Part shown: in pieces, positions 19,799 through 30,579 of the stretch
Layout: each line of letters begins with the position of its first letter
Numbering within the stretch: position 1 is the stretch's first letter
DNA from: Roseinatronobacter sp.
Lineage (GTDB): Bacteria > Pseudomonadota > Alphaproteobacteria > Rhodobacterales > Rhodobacteraceae
DNA length: 64,000 nt
Reading direction: 5' to 3'
Assembly (NCBI GenBank): GCA_046296275.1
Contig: JBKBLP010000007.1
Span: 33,268-97,267, forward strand
Program-made: the position numbers and the translations under genes
The notes under the pieces: generated by a model
Seen by the model: the letters and a program-made list of their open reading frames with translations, nothing else
What the model was told of the DNA's origin: nothing
The model's database searches: none

Positions 19799-21440
19799 GG
19801 ACTTTGGCAATCAGAAGGGGGGCCAGCCCCCCGTCGCCTACGGCGACTCCCCCCGGAGTATTTCGGGCAAGATAAAGGGTGAAGTGGCCTATGACGGGGC
19901 CGCTTCGGTTGAGATTGAGACTGTGACTGCGCGGGATGAGGGGACTGTTTCGGCCCCTGCATCGGATGGCATGGGCTGCCATGCCCCGTCCGAGCAGATG
20001 GCGGCGCAAACGCGGGCGTCAGGCAATGGCGCGATACTCGATCAGTTTGCACAAGACTACCCACGCGGGCCGCATGACAAGCCCGAGTCAATGTGCCCGG
20101 CCTTTGGGTCTTTGCGCGTGGGGCTGCGGATGCGGCGGGTGGCCACGGTTCTGAGCGGGTCTGCTTGTTGCGTCTATGGTCTGACATTCGTCAGCCACTT
20201 CTACGGCGCGCGCCGCTCGGTGGGCTATGTGCCGTTCAATTCGGAAACCCTTGTCACCGGCAAGCTGTTCGAGGATATCCGCGACGCTGTCCACCAGATG
20301 GCCGACCCCGAGCGCTATGACGCGATTGTAGTGACGAACCTGTGTGTGCCGACTGCAAGCGGTGTGCCGCTGCGGCTGCTGCCCAAGGAAATCAACGGGG
20401 TGCGCATTGTGGGCATCGACGTGCCGGGCTTTGGCGTGCCCACCCATGCGGAAGCCAAGGATGTGCTGGCCGGTGCCATGCTGAATTACGCGCGTCAGGA
20501 GATCATGGCAGGGCCTGTGCCTGCGCCGCTCAAGGCTCGCGATGACCGCCCGCAAGTCGCGCTGCTGGGCGAGATGTTCCCGGCGGACCCGATGATGATC
20601 GGCGCGATGCTGGCCCCCATGGGGCTGGCCGCAGGGCCTGTGGTGCCGACGCGCGAATGGCGCGAGCTGTATGCGGCTTTGGATTGCGGCGTGGTCGCGG
20701 CGATCCATCCCTTCTATGCGGCGGCGGTGCGCGAGTTTGAAGCGGCGGGGCGCAAGATCGTGGGCTCGGCCCCTGTGGGGGTGGAGGGCACGCAGGATTG
20801 GCTGGCCGCGATTGGGGATGCTTACAATGTGCCTGCGGCCCGGATTGCGGCTGCACAGAATGCCTTTGTGCCTGCCGTGCGCGGGGCGCTCGCGGCCCAT
20901 CCGATCAAGGGGCGGATCACGATTTCGGGCTATGAAGGGTCAGAATTGCTGGTCGCGCGGCTGCTGATCGAAAGCGGGGCGGATGTGGCCTACGTGGGCT
21001 CGGCCTGTGCGGCCTCACGCTGGAATGCCGCTGACAAAGAGTGGCTGGAAGCGCGCGGCGTGGCGGTGAAGTTCCGCGCCTCGCTCGCCGATGATCTGGC
21101 GGCCTGCGATGGGCTTGACCCGGACCTCGTGATCGGCACGACGCCGGTCGTGCAGCACGCTAAGCAAAAGGGCACGCCGTCCTTGTATTTCACAAACCTT
21201 ATTTCCGCGCGTCCCCTGATGGGGCCTGCGGGTGCGGGGTCTTTGGGCGAAGTGGTCAACGCCGCCATCGCGGGCAAGGCACGCATGGACCATATGCGCG
21301 ACTTCTTCGCGGGCGTGGGCGAGGGTGATACCGCTGGCATCTGGGAAGGCGCGCCGAACTTGCGCCCCGATTTCCGCGAAGCGCACCAGAAGAAACTCGA
21401 TAAGGCCGCGAAAGCCGCCAAAGCGCAGGAGATGATCTGA
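19791..21440 (+). CDS. bchY: chlorophyllide a reductase subunit Y
   Basis: [36 protein letters not shown]; ATG at 19791 overlaps the bchX stop (start uncertain). Confidence 0.95.
   Translation: MPEDFGNQKGGQPPVAYGDSPRSISGKIKGEVAYDGAASVEIETVTARDEGTVSAPASDGMGCHAPSEQMAAQTRASGNGAILDQFAQDYPRGPHDKPESMCPAFGSLRVGLRMRRVATVLSGSACCVYGLTFVSHFYGARRSVGYVPFNSETLVTGKLFEDIRDAVHQMADPERYDAIVVTNLCVPTASGVPLRLLPKEINGVRIVGIDVPGFGVPTHAEAKDVLAGAMLNYARQEIMAGPVPAPLKARDDRPQVALLGEMFPADPMMIGAMLAPMGLAAGPVVPTREWRELYAALDCGVVAAIHPFYAAAVREFEAAGRKIVGSAPVGVEGTQDWLAAIGDAYNVPAARIAAAQNAFVPAVRGALAAHPIKGRITISGYEGSELLVARLLIESGADVAYVGSACAASRWNAADKEWLEARGVAVKFRASLADDLAACDGLDPDLVIGTTPVVQHAKQKGTPSLYFTNLISARPLMGPAGAGSLGEVVNAAIAGKARMDHMRDFFAGVGEGDTAGIWEGAPNLRPDFREAHQKKLDKAAKAAKAQEMI
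19817..19877 (+). repeat. REP-like palindromic element (copy 1) in the 5' end of bchY
   Basis: GGGGGGC-CA-GCCCCCC hairpin, GTCGCC-TAC-GGCGAC hairpin and CCCCCGGAGTATTTCGGGCAAGATAAAG tail shared with 56605-56633. Confidence 0.75.
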
Positions 21441-22900
21441 TGCTCGTTCAAGATCACGACCGCGCCGGGGGCTATTGGGGGGCAGTCTATGCCTTCTGCG
21501 CCGTCAAGGGCTTGCAAGTGGTGATCGACGGCCCGGTGGGCTGCGAAAACCTGCCCGTGACATCGGTCCTGCACTACACGGATGCGCTGCCGCCGCATGA
21601 ATTGCCCATCGTGGTCACAGGCCTCGGCGAGGAGGAGTTGGGTCGGGACGGCACCGAAGGCGCGATGCGTCGCGCCTGGAAAACGCTCGATCCAGCCCTT
21701 CCCGCTGTGGTGGTGACAGGGTCCATCGCTGAAATGATCGGCGGGGGCGTCACGCCCATGGGCACGAATATCCAGCGCTTCCTGCCGCGCACGATTGACG
21801 AAGATCAGTGGGAAGCCGCCGACCGCGCGATGACGTGGATTTTCACGGAATTCGGCCAGACCAAGGGCCGGATGCCACCCGAGGCCAAACGTTCCGAAGG
21901 GGCCAAGCCGCGCGTCAATATCCTTGGGCCAATGTATGGCGTGTTCAACATGCCCTCGGACCTCGCGGAAATCCGCCGTCTGGTCGAAGGGATCGGGGCA
22001 GAGGTCAACATGGTCATGCCGCTCGGTGCCCATCTGGCCGAGATGCGGAACTTGGTGAATGCCGACGTCAATATCGTGATGTATCGCGAATTTGGCCGGG
22101 GTCTCGCGGAAGTTCTGGGCAAACCCTATCTGCAAGCGCCCTTCGGCATGGACAGCACGACCGCCTTCCTGCGCAAGCTGGGGGAACTTCTGGGGCTGGA
22201 TCCAGAGCCGTTCATCGCGGTGGAAAAGCACTCAACGCTGAAACCCATGTGGGATTTGTGGCGCTCGGTCACGCAGGATTTCTTTGCCACGGCGACCTTT
22301 GCGGTTGTGGCCAATGAAACCTATGCGCGCGGCCTGCGGAATTATCTGGAAAACGATCTGGGCATGCCCTGCGCGCTCGCCGTGGCCCGCGTGCGTGGGA
22401 CAAAGACCGACAACGAGCATGTGCGCGCCGCTTTGGCGGCCACACGCCCGCTGATCGTGTTCGGGTCCATCAATGAAAAGATGTATCTGGCCGAGCAAAA
22501 GGGCGGCTTTGGCCCTGCGCCTGCCTTCATCCCCGCAAGCTTTCCGGGGGCTGCCATCCGCCGCCATACCGGAACGCCGATGATGGGCTATGCGGGCGCG
22601 ACCTATGTGTTGCAGGAAGTGTGCAACGGGCTGTTCGATGCTCTGTTCCACATCCTGCCCTTGGGTGCCCAGATGGACGCGCATGACGCAACGCCTGCGC
22701 ATCTGAAGCGCGATCTGCCCTGGTCGGAAGCGGCGAAAGCCGAACTCGACCGGATTGTTGCGGAACACCCCATCCTGACCCGTATCTCGGCTGCGCGTTC
22801 GCTGCGCGACGAGGTGGAGAAACGCGCCCTGTCGCAAGGTGCGGAGCGGGTCGAAGCCAGCCTGGTCGAGGCCATCCGGCCCAACCAGACACGACCCTGA
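21440..22900 (+). CDS. bchZ: chlorophyllide a reductase subunit Z
   Basis: [28 protein letters not shown]-terminal PCP_red-like [10 protein letters not shown]. Confidence 0.97.
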   Translation: MLVQDHDRAGGYWGAVYAFCAVKGLQVVIDGPVGCENLPVTSVLHYTDALPPHELPIVVTGLGEEELGRDGTEGAMRRAWKTLDPALPAVVVTGSIAEMIGGGVTPMGTNIQRFLPRTIDEDQWEAADRAMTWIFTEFGQTKGRMPPEAKRSEGAKPRVNILGPMYGVFNMPSDLAEIRRLVEGIGAEVNMVMPLGAHLAEMRNLVNADVNIVMYREFGRGLAEVLGKPYLQAPFGMDSTTAFLRKLGELLGLDPEPFIAVEKHSTLKPMWDLWRSVTQDFFATATFAVVANETYARGLRNYLENDLGMPCALAVARVRGTKTDNEHVRAALAATRPLIVFGSINEKMYLAEQKGGFGPAPAFIPASFPGAAIRRHTGTPMMGYAGATYVLQEVCNGLFDALFHILPLGAQMDAHDATPAHLKRDLPWSEAAKAELDRIVAEHPILTRISAARSLRDEVEKRALSQGAERVEASLVEAIRPNQTRP

Positions 22901-22925
22901 ACATTCATAAACCGGAGGAACAGCC

Positions 22926-23430
<505 letters not shown>

Positions 23431-23443
23431 GGGGGATTGAAGA

Positions 23444-23605
23444 ATGAGCAAGTTCTACAAGATTTGGCTGATCTTCGATCCGCGCCGCGTTTTCGTGGCA
23501 CAGGGCGTGTTCCTGTTCCTTTTGGCCGCAATGATCCACCTGGTTCTGCTGTCGAACGACGGCTACAACTGGTTCCAGATCGCTGCCGAAAAATACGGCC
23601 GCTAA
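23444..23605 (+). CDS. pufA: light-harvesting complex 1 alpha chain
   Basis: Translated by hand (below the ORF-track cutoff): [53 protein letters not shown]. Confidence 0.97.
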   Translation: MSKFYKIWLIFDPRRVFVAQGVFLFLLAAMIHLVLLSNDGYNWFQIAAEKYGR

Positions 23606-23717
23606 TCCGCGCGCCGATCTCTCAGATTGCGGGCGGTCAGGCCGCTGCCGATCGCCCGCAACCATTTTCGTAAATTCAGACGGCCCGCAGGGCCGCCGAG
23701 CCTAAGCGGAGGGAAGC

Positions 23718-24566
23718 ATGGCGCTGCTAAGCTTCGAGCGCAAATACCGGGTGCCTGGCGGCACGTTGGTCGGCGGGAACTTGTTCGACTTCTGGGTCGG
23801 CCCGTTCTATGTCGGATTTTTCGGGGTCACGACGGTCTTTTTCGCCGTCCTCGGAACGCTCTTGATTTTTTGGGGGGCTGTGCTGCAAGGCACCTGGAAC
23901 CCCTGGCTGATATCTATCAATCCCCCACCCCTGTCCTATGGGTTGGGTCCGGCACCGCTTCTTGAAGGCGGGCTATGGCAAGTCGTAACGATCTGCGCCA
24001 TCGGGGCTTTCGTGTCTTGGGCGCTGCGCGAAGTGGAAATCGCGCGAAAACTGGGGATGGGGCTGCATGTGCCTTTCGCCTTCGGGGTCGCGATTTTTGC
24101 GTATCTGACACTTGTGGTCATCCGGCCTGTGCTGATGGGCGCTTGGGGACATGCTTTCCCCTATGGCATCTGGACTCATTTGGACTGGGTGTCGAACGTG
24201 GGCTACACCTACGGCAACTTCCACTACAACCCGGCGCATATGATCGCGGTGAGCTTCTTCTTCACCACGACCCTTGCTCTGGCTCTGCATGGCGCTCTGG
24301 TCCTTTCGGCGGCAAACCCGAAGAAGGGCGAGATCATGAAAACGCCCGATCACGAAGATACCTTCTTCCGCGACTTCATCGGCTATTCGGTAGGCCCCTT
24401 GGGCATTCACCGGGTGGGTCTGCTCTTGGCGCTGAATGCAGGCTTCTGGTCGGCAATCTGCATCGTCATCTCGGGCACGATCTGGTTCGACCAATGGGTT
24501 GTCTGGTGGGATTGGTGGCTGAACCTGCCGTGGTGGTCTGACATCGCAGGAGGCGTCAATGGCTGA
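23718..24566 (+). CDS. pufL: photosynthetic reaction center L subunit
   Basis: [35 protein letters not shown]. Confidence 0.99.
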   Translation: MALLSFERKYRVPGGTLVGGNLFDFWVGPFYVGFFGVTTVFFAVLGTLLIFWGAVLQGTWNPWLISINPPPLSYGLGPAPLLEGGLWQVVTICAIGAFVSWALREVEIARKLGMGLHVPFAFGVAIFAYLTLVVIRPVLMGAWGHAFPYGIWTHLDWVSNVGYTYGNFHYNPAHMIAVSFFFTTTLALALHGALVLSAANPKKGEIMKTPDHEDTFFRDFIGYSVGPLGIHRVGLLLALNAGFWSAICIVISGTIWFDQWVVWWDWWLNLPWWSDIAGGVNG

Positions 24567-25482
24567 GTATCAGAATATCTTTACCCAAGTGCAGGTCCGT
24601 GCCGCGCCCGAAATGGGCATGGTGGAAGGCGTCGAGCTTGAAAACCGGACCAAATCGGCAAGCTTCTCGACGCTTATGGGCTGGATCGGCAACGCCCAGC
24701 TTGGGCCCGTCTATCTGGGGGCGATGGGGGTTCTGTCGCTTGCTGCGGGCGCTACATGGTTCATCATGGTGGGCATGTGGTTCTGGTATCAGGCGGGCTT
24801 CAACCCGGCTGTGTTCATGCGCGATCTGTTCTGGCTGTCGCTTGATCCGCCCAGCCCTGAATACGGCCTGCGCTTCCCGCCCATGGCCGAAGGTGGCTAC
24901 TTCCTGATCGCGTCCTTCTTCCTGCTCATCTCGGTCATGGCCTGGTGGGTGCGGACTTGGCTGCGGGCCGAAGCATTGGGCATGGGCAAGCATGTTGCCT
25001 GGGCCTTCGCCTCGGCGATCTGGTTGTTCCTTGTGCTGGGGCTGTTCCGTCCCATCCTGATGGGGTCGTGGTCAGAAGCTGTTCCTTATGGCATCTTCAC
25101 GCATCTTGACTGGACCAACCTGTTCAGCCTGCGCTACGGCAACCTGTTCTACAATCCGTTCCATGCGCTTTCGATCGTGTTCCTCTATGGCTCGGCGCTG
25201 CTGTTTGCCATGCATGGGGCGACGATCCTGGCAGTCAGCCGCTTCGGGGGCGACCGCGAGCTGGAACAGATCGTGGACCGTGGCACGGCATCCGAACGGG
25301 CGGCACTGTTTTGGCGCTGGACCATGGGCTTCAATGCCACGATGGAAGGCATCCACCGTTGGGCTTGGTGGTTCGCGGTTCTGACCACTCTGACGGGCGG
25401 CATCGGTATCCTTCTGACGGGCACCGTGGTCGATAACTGGGCAGAATGGGCAGCACAGCGCGGCTTCCGCCCGACCTATTGA
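24559..25482 (+). CDS. pufM: photosynthetic reaction center M subunit
   Basis: [46 protein letters not shown]. Confidence 0.99.
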   Translation: MAEYQNIFTQVQVRAAPEMGMVEGVELENRTKSASFSTLMGWIGNAQLGPVYLGAMGVLSLAAGATWFIMVGMWFWYQAGFNPAVFMRDLFWLSLDPPSPEYGLRFPPMAEGGYFLIASFFLLISVMAWWVRTWLRAEALGMGKHVAWAFASAIWLFLVLGLFRPILMGSWSEAVPYGIFTHLDWTNLFSLRYGNLFYNPFHALSIVFLYGSALLFAMHGATILAVSRFGGDRELEQIVDRGTASERAALFWRWTMGFNATMEGIHRWAWWFAVLTTLTGGIGILLTGTVVDNWAEWAAQRGFRPTY

Positions 25483-25501
25483 GAAAAGGGAGGACGCAAC
25501 C

Positions 25502-25732
25502 ATGGCAGACCATGACTACATCCAGGAAACCAAGGCCCAGCGCATTCGCAACTGGATCTTGTCGGAAATGCTGCGCGGCGGTGGATATGCAGCGGTTGTG
25601 CTGCTGGGCATCGGCGGGCTGATCGGGGTGATCTATCTGGTAGGGCTATTGCTGCCCGACGAGAGCAAGAACGCGCCCCCGCCCATGCCCTACAGCGCCT
25701 ATGAAGCGCCGCTTCATATCGCCAGGGCATAA
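25502..25732 (+). CDS. pufX: RC-LH1 core complex protein PufX
   Basis: 76 aa single-TM protein right after pufM; WILSEMLRGGGYAA and LLPDESKNAPPP motifs. Confidence 0.88.
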   Translation: MADHDYIQETKAQRIRNWILSEMLRGGGYAAVVLLGIGGLIGVIYLVGLLLPDESKNAPPPMPYSAYEAPLHIARA

Positions 25733-25853
25733 GGCACGAAGATCGGGGCAGGGCGGCCAGCCCGGCCTGCCCCCCAAAGGGTTCGGACCAAAACGCCGGT
25801 TCGGACGCGGGCACGTGACGCCCGGTTCCCTTTCCTGTTGGCGACAGGAAACT

Positions 25854-25896
25854 GGTGCCGTGCGGGTTTCCACCCCACGGCACCTCTTTTATTTTT
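25854..25896 (+). terminator. intrinsic terminator of the puf operon
   Basis: GGTGCCGTG(C)GG-GTTTCCAC-CCCACGGCACC followed by TCTTTTATTTTT. Confidence 0.8.
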
Positions 25897-25923
25897 GGCC
25901 TTCGGGCCTGCGGGAGGACTGAC

Positions 25924-27861
25924 ATGCGCGGCATCGACCTTTATGGCACAGACACCCCTCTGCTTGACCGCGTGGCCTGTCCCGCAGACCTGCGCGATCT
26001 GAGCGATCTGGAACTGGCCGATCTGGCAGACGAGTTACGCGCCGAGACTGTGCAGGCTGTCAGCCGCACGGGCGGGCATCTGGGCTCATCGCTTGGCGTG
26101 GTGGAACTGACTGTGGCCATCCATGCCGTGTTCCGCACGCCCTTTGACAAGCTGATCTGGGATGTGGGGCACCAGTGCTACCCACACAAGATCCTGACAG
26201 GCCGTCGCGCGCAGATGAAAACCCTGCGCCAAGAGGGCGGAATTTCCGGCTTCACCAAGCGCAGCGAATCCGCTTTCGATCCGTTCGGCGCGGCGCATTC
26301 CTCCACCTCGATTTCCGCAGCCCTTGGCTTCACCATTGGCCGCGATATGGGCCAGCCCACGGGCGATGCGATCGCTGTGATTGGCGATGGCTCCATCACT
26401 GCTGGCATGGCCTATGAGGCGCTGAACAATGCAGGCTCCGAGCGGCGGCGCATGTTCGTGATCCTGAACGACAACGATATGTCGATTGCCCCCCCGGTGG
26501 GCGCGATGAACACCTATCTGAACAAGCTTAACCTGCCAGGCGCGAGTTTGCGCGACATCGCGGCGGGTTTCATCGCGGCCTTGCCTGACAGTCTGCGCGC
26601 CCAAGCCCTGCGGGCGCGGGAACTGGCTTGCGGCGCGCCGCCTGACAGCACCATGTTCGAACATCTGGGCTTCACCTATATCGGCCCGATTGACGGCCAT
26701 TCCATGCCGGACCTTCTGGCCACACTCCGCATGGCGCGCGACCGCGCCGAGGGGCCTGTGCTGATCCATGTGCGCACCGTGAAGGGAAAGGGCTATGCGC
26801 CCGCCGAGGCGTCGGGCTGCAAATACCACGGTGTCGCCACGTTTGACGTGGCCACCGGCGCGCAGGCGAAAGCGAAAGCCAATGCGCCCGCCTATACTGC
26901 GGTCTTTGGGCGCACGCTGACCGACCTTGCCGCGCGTGATCCGAATATCGTGGCCGTAACTGCCGCGATGCCGGGGGGCACGGGCATTGACATCATGGCG
27001 CAGCGCTTCCCGCGCCGGGTCTTCGATGTGGGCATTGCCGAACAGCACGCTGTGACATTCGCGGCGGGGATGGCGGCAAGTGGCCTCAAGCCCTTTTGCG
27101 CGATTTACTCGACCTTCTTGCAGCGCGGCTATGACCAGATCGTGCATGACGTGGCGCTTCAGGGTTTGCCGGTGCGTTTCGCCATCGACCGCGCAGGGTT
27201 GGTGGGCGCGGACGGCGCGACCCATGCAGGCGCGTTCGACGTGGCTTATCTGGCCAATCTGCCCGGCATGGTCGTGATGGCCGCAGGCGACGAGGCTGAG
27301 CTGATGCACATGGTCGCCACCGCCGCCGCCCATGACAGCGGGCCGATTGCGTTTCGCTTCCCGCGTGGCGAAGGGGTGGGGGTCGAGATGCCCGTCCAAG
27401 GCAGGGTGCTGGAAATCGGCAAAGGCCGCGTGGTGCAAGAGGGCGCGCGCGTGGCACTCCTGTCTTTTGGGGCGCATCTGTCCGAAGTGCGGCTTGCAGC
27501 GGAATCGCTCGCTGCGCGCGGCATCACGGCCACCATCGCCGATGCGCGCTTTGCCAAACCGCTCGACACGGCCTTGATCGACCAGCTTGCGCGCCACCAT
27601 CAGGCGTTGATTACCATCGAGCAAGGGTCAATCGGCGGCTTTGGCGCGATGGTGCTGCATTATCTGGCAAATTCAGGCGGCCTCGATCGCGGTTTGTCCG
27701 TACGCGCGATGACCTTGCCTGACCGCTTCATCGAACAGGCAAGCCCGGCTGCTATGTATCGCGATGCAGGCCTGACCGCCGAGGACATCGCGCGCACCGC
27801 CCTGCAAGCGCTGGGTTTGGCCACTTTGGCGCGGCGCGAGGCGATCGTGACTGTTGCCTGA
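25924..27861 (+). CDS. dxs: 1-deoxy-D-xylulose-5-phosphate synthase (photosynthesis-cluster copy)
   Basis: [45 protein letters not shown]; ATG at 25924 after GGGAGGA. Confidence 0.96.
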   Translation: MRGIDLYGTDTPLLDRVACPADLRDLSDLELADLADELRAETVQAVSRTGGHLGSSLGVVELTVAIHAVFRTPFDKLIWDVGHQCYPHKILTGRRAQMKTLRQEGGISGFTKRSESAFDPFGAAHSSTSISAALGFTIGRDMGQPTGDAIAVIGDGSITAGMAYEALNNAGSERRRMFVILNDNDMSIAPPVGAMNTYLNKLNLPGASLRDIAAGFIAALPDSLRAQALRARELACGAPPDSTMFEHLGFTYIGPIDGHSMPDLLATLRMARDRAEGPVLIHVRTVKGKGYAPAEASGCKYHGVATFDVATGAQAKAKANAPAYTAVFGRTLTDLAARDPNIVAVTAAMPGGTGIDIMAQRFPRRVFDVGIAEQHAVTFAAGMAASGLKPFCAIYSTFLQRGYDQIVHDVALQGLPVRFAIDRAGLVGADGATHAGAFDVAYLANLPGMVVMAAGDEAELMHMVATAAAHDSGPIAFRFPRGEGVGVEMPVQGRVLEIGKGRVVQEGARVALLSFGAHLSEVRLAAESLAARGITATIADARFAKPLDTALIDQLARHHQALITIEQGSIGGFGAMVLHYLANSGGLDRGLSVRAMTLPDRFIEQASPAAMYRDAGLTAEDIARTALQALGLATLARREAIVTVA

Positions 27862-27908
27862 CCGATTGCGCCGTCGCATGATGGCAAAACCATCAGCAAG
27901 GAGGAACC

Positions 27909-28526
27909 ATGTCCACCAGTGAATTGAAGAACGCCCCGCCGCTTTATGGCTGGGCGATTGCCGCAGCCGTGGGGCTTGTGACATTCGGGATCAGCTACCT
28001 GGTTCTTGACCTTGGGTTGAATGGCGGGGTCTTTGTGGCCGCCGTGATGGCGCTGATCGTGGGCGGGATCTTTACTTGGGCCGAAAGCCCGCGCCGGGGG
28101 GAAGAGCATGCGCCTGTGGCCAATGCGCCCGCAGCCCATGCGCCTGCCCCCGCCGCCGCGCCTGCGGCCCCTGTTGCCGCAGCCCCGGCCCCTGCGCCCG
28201 CAGCCCCGGCCCCTGCGCCCGCAGCCCCGGCCCCTGCGCCCGCAGCGATGGAAACAACCCCCGTCGCAGAAGCGCGCCCCGCTGGCCTGACCGCCGCGCA
28301 GGGCGTGGCCGATGATCTGAAGCTGATCAACGGTGTGGGCCCCGTGCTTGAACGCAAGCTCAATGACCTTGGCTTCTACCACTTCTGGCAAATCGCCCGC
28401 TGGACCGAGGCAGAGGTCGCGTGGGTCGACGGCTTCCTGAACTTCAAAGGCCGGATCGCGCGCGACAACTGGATCGCGCAGGCCACGAAACTCGCGCAAA
28501 CCAGCCCCGCCCGCGCGCCGGCATGA
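27909..28526 (+). CDS. membrane protein with C-terminal helix-hairpin-helix (COG3743-like) domain
   Basis: Two N-terminal TMs, Ala/Pro linker, ADDLKLINGVGPVLERKLNDLGFYHFWQIARW...FKGRIARDNW. Confidence 0.8.
   Translation: MSTSELKNAPPLYGWAIAAAVGLVTFGISYLVLDLGLNGGVFVAAVMALIVGGIFTWAESPRRGEEHAPVANAPAAHAPAPAAAPAAPVAAAPAPAPAAPAPAPAAPAPAPAAMETTPVAEARPAGLTAAQGVADDLKLINGVGPVLERKLNDLGFYHFWQIARWTEAEVAWVDGFLNFKGRIARDNWIAQATKLAQTSPARAPA
28179..28246 (+). repeat. perfect 21-bp tandem repeat (about 3.2 copies) encoding AAPAPAP
   Basis: GCAGCCCCGGCCCCTGCGCCC at 28179, 28200 and 28221, plus GCAGC. Confidence 0.9.
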
Positions 28527-29023
28527 TCCTGCACCACGGCCATGTCGCCCGAACGGGCGACTGGCAACTTCTGACCGATCAGGTCATGGGCGGGGTTTCT
28601 ACAGGCAGGCTGTCTCGCGCCAGCCGCGACGGCCGTGATTGTCTGGTGATGACGGGCGATGTGCGCTTGGAGAATAACGGCGGCTTCGTGCAGATGGCGC
28701 TGGACTTGTGCCCGCCCGGCGGCACATTTGACGCCCGCGCCTTCACCCATCTGCTGCTGATCGCGGCGGGCAATGGCGCACGATACAATGTTCATTTGCG
28801 CACGCGCGACTTGACGCGGGTCTGGCAATCCTATCGCGCGAGCTTCACGGCGGGGCAGGATTGGGCGACGATTAATCTGCCTTTGGCCGATTTTGTTCCC
28901 CACCGCACGGACACGCCCCTGAACCTGTCCCGCCTGCACCGCCTTGGCTTGGTGGCCATAGGGCAGGCGATGGTGGCGGAATTGGCTGTGGCACAGGTCG
29001 AACTTCTGCGCGTGCCATCGTGA
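28523..29023 (+). CDS. CIA30 (complex I intermediate-associated protein 30) family protein
   Basis: WQLLTDQVMGGVSTG, GDVRLENNGGFVQM, WQSYRASF; ATGA coupling to the upstream gene. Confidence 0.88.
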   Translation: MILHHGHVARTGDWQLLTDQVMGGVSTGRLSRASRDGRDCLVMTGDVRLENNGGFVQMALDLCPPGGTFDARAFTHLLLIAAGNGARYNVHLRTRDLTRVWQSYRASFTAGQDWATINLPLADFVPHRTDTPLNLSRLHRLGLVAIGQAMVAELAVAQVELLRVPS

Positions 29024-29062
29024 AAAAAACGCCGCGCAGGGCATCCCTTGCGCGGCGTCGTT
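29023..29062. terminator. intrinsic terminator between convergent genes
   Basis: A7-CGCCGCGCAGGG-CAT-CCCTTGCGCGGCG hairpin. Confidence 0.7.
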
Positions 29063-29097
29063 GTCAAAGCGCCAGTCCAGAGCGCCGGGCAGGGGGC

Positions 29098-30369
29098 TTA
29101 TTTCGGCATAATCCGGTAAATGTCCCCGTCATCCGTCGCCGTGTAAAGCGCCCCATCCGGCCCTTGCACCACAGTGCGGAAGCGCCCGCGCTCCATCGGG
29201 ATAGGCATTTCGATCACGGAATTGACGCCCAAACCGTCATCTGTCAGGTCCAAAAGAGCGATGCGCTGGCCGACAGGGGTGCCGCCAAAGCCGATGCCCA
29301 TGATGCCTATTGCCATGCGCCCTTCATACTCGCCCCGATGGCTGCCCGTCAGGAATGCCGCCGAGGATGTTCCTTGTGACAGCCCGTTATTGTTCCAGGC
29401 AGGCCGCATCGCATTGGGGAAGCTGTTGAGGTCTGTCATCAGCATGAAGGCTGCACGCTGGGCGGGGTCCATGCCTTCCATCTGGTTGGGCGAGTAGCCG
29501 CAATAGGTATCCGGGCAGTCGAGGCGTCCGCCCATGCCGGGGCGCGGGTCCCAGCCACCATTGCCACCGGGAACCAGCGCTTTGATTTCGTCCGAATGCC
29601 ACGGCCCATGCTCGGCAATGATCGGGCGGTTATCGCTGTGGCGGAAGGCGAGGCCTTGCACGCAGCGGAACCCACAGCCATAGACGCGCAGTCGAAAAAC
29701 GCGGGTGCGTTGTTGCCCGGCGCACCATTGCTTTCGGTGTCGATGCGCAGCACCTTGCCGCCCATATGCGTGGGCGATTGCGGCATCATGCCGTTATGGG
29801 TGTCACCCGTCGTCACATAGAGGAACCCCCACGCCCGGATTGAACCGCACCCGCCCGCCAGTATGCGCTTCGGGACCACCGCAGGGATGGGCGCTGTGAA
29901 GGGGATATCGGTCACGATATCGCGGCGATTGTGCACGCGGTCAAATTCTTGGCTGACTTCAAAGCGCATCACGCGGTTTGACCCCGGCGCGGTCAGGCTG
30001 GATGTGGACATCACAGTAATGCGGCGATTGTTGTCGAACTTCGGGTCGATGGCCACGCCCATCATGCCGGCTTGCTCTTTGCAGAACAGGTCATAGGCGA
30101 TGCTGTCAAAGCCAGACGAGCGCACCATGCCCAGAAGGGGGCTTGACCTCGCCATCGGGCATCCGAACCGACAGGCCTCGGCATTTTTCGCTGAAGAACA
30201 TCGTTCCGTCGGGCAGGAAAGCCAGATCCCACGGGTTGTCCAGATCGGACATGATGGTTTCATAGGTCAATTCAGGCGCGCTTGCCGTTGCGGCCCCGGC
30301 CAGTAGGCCAAGGGCGGCTGCTGAAGCCAACAGAGTCGAAAGGCGTAGTCCTTGTGCAGACCTGGTCAT
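29098..30369 (-). pseudogene. PQQ-dependent sugar dehydrogenase (GSDH/YliI family), frameshifted
   Basis: Collinear pieces in three frames: signal peptide+LDNPWDLAFLPDG (30106-30369), GMMGVAIDPKF...LYVTTGD...GKVLRID (29439-30263), QGLAF...EHGP...GRFRTVVQGPDGALYTATD (29098-29661). Confidence 0.85.
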
Positions 30370-30538
30370 TTCTTGGTCGCCTCCCAGAGTTGAAGCGCGC
30401 GCTCCTCAACGCCCGACAATGACGCGGGGTAAAGACGGTTGGCGATGGGTCAATAAATTTTATTGCGCAAGTTAAACATTAATCTTTGTGAATATTGCGC
30501 CCGCAGAAAAGCCGCCCGGTGGGGCGGCTCTTTCGATA

Positions 30539-30579
30539 CGGGCGCAGAAGCGTATCCAGTTTTGCTGAAATTGCTTTAA
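30539..30579. repeat. partial CIR/RIME-like element abutting the IS5 end
   Basis: CGCAGAAGCGTATCCAGTTTTGCTGAAATTGCTTTAA resembles the right arm CGCAAAGTCGGTTCCCAGTCTTGCGCAATATGCTCTA of 50103-50206. Confidence 0.5.

Noticed and set aside
26086-27624. Long antisense or alternate-frame ORFs (also 5602-6597, 32922-34445, 38474-40180, 42385-43722, 56534-58150, 58670-59974)
   Set aside because: Shadows of well-supported genes in high-GC DNA; no motifs or RBS.
28179-28246. CRISPR-like repeats
   Set aside because: Head-to-tail units without spacers, in frame inside a CDS; no cas genes.
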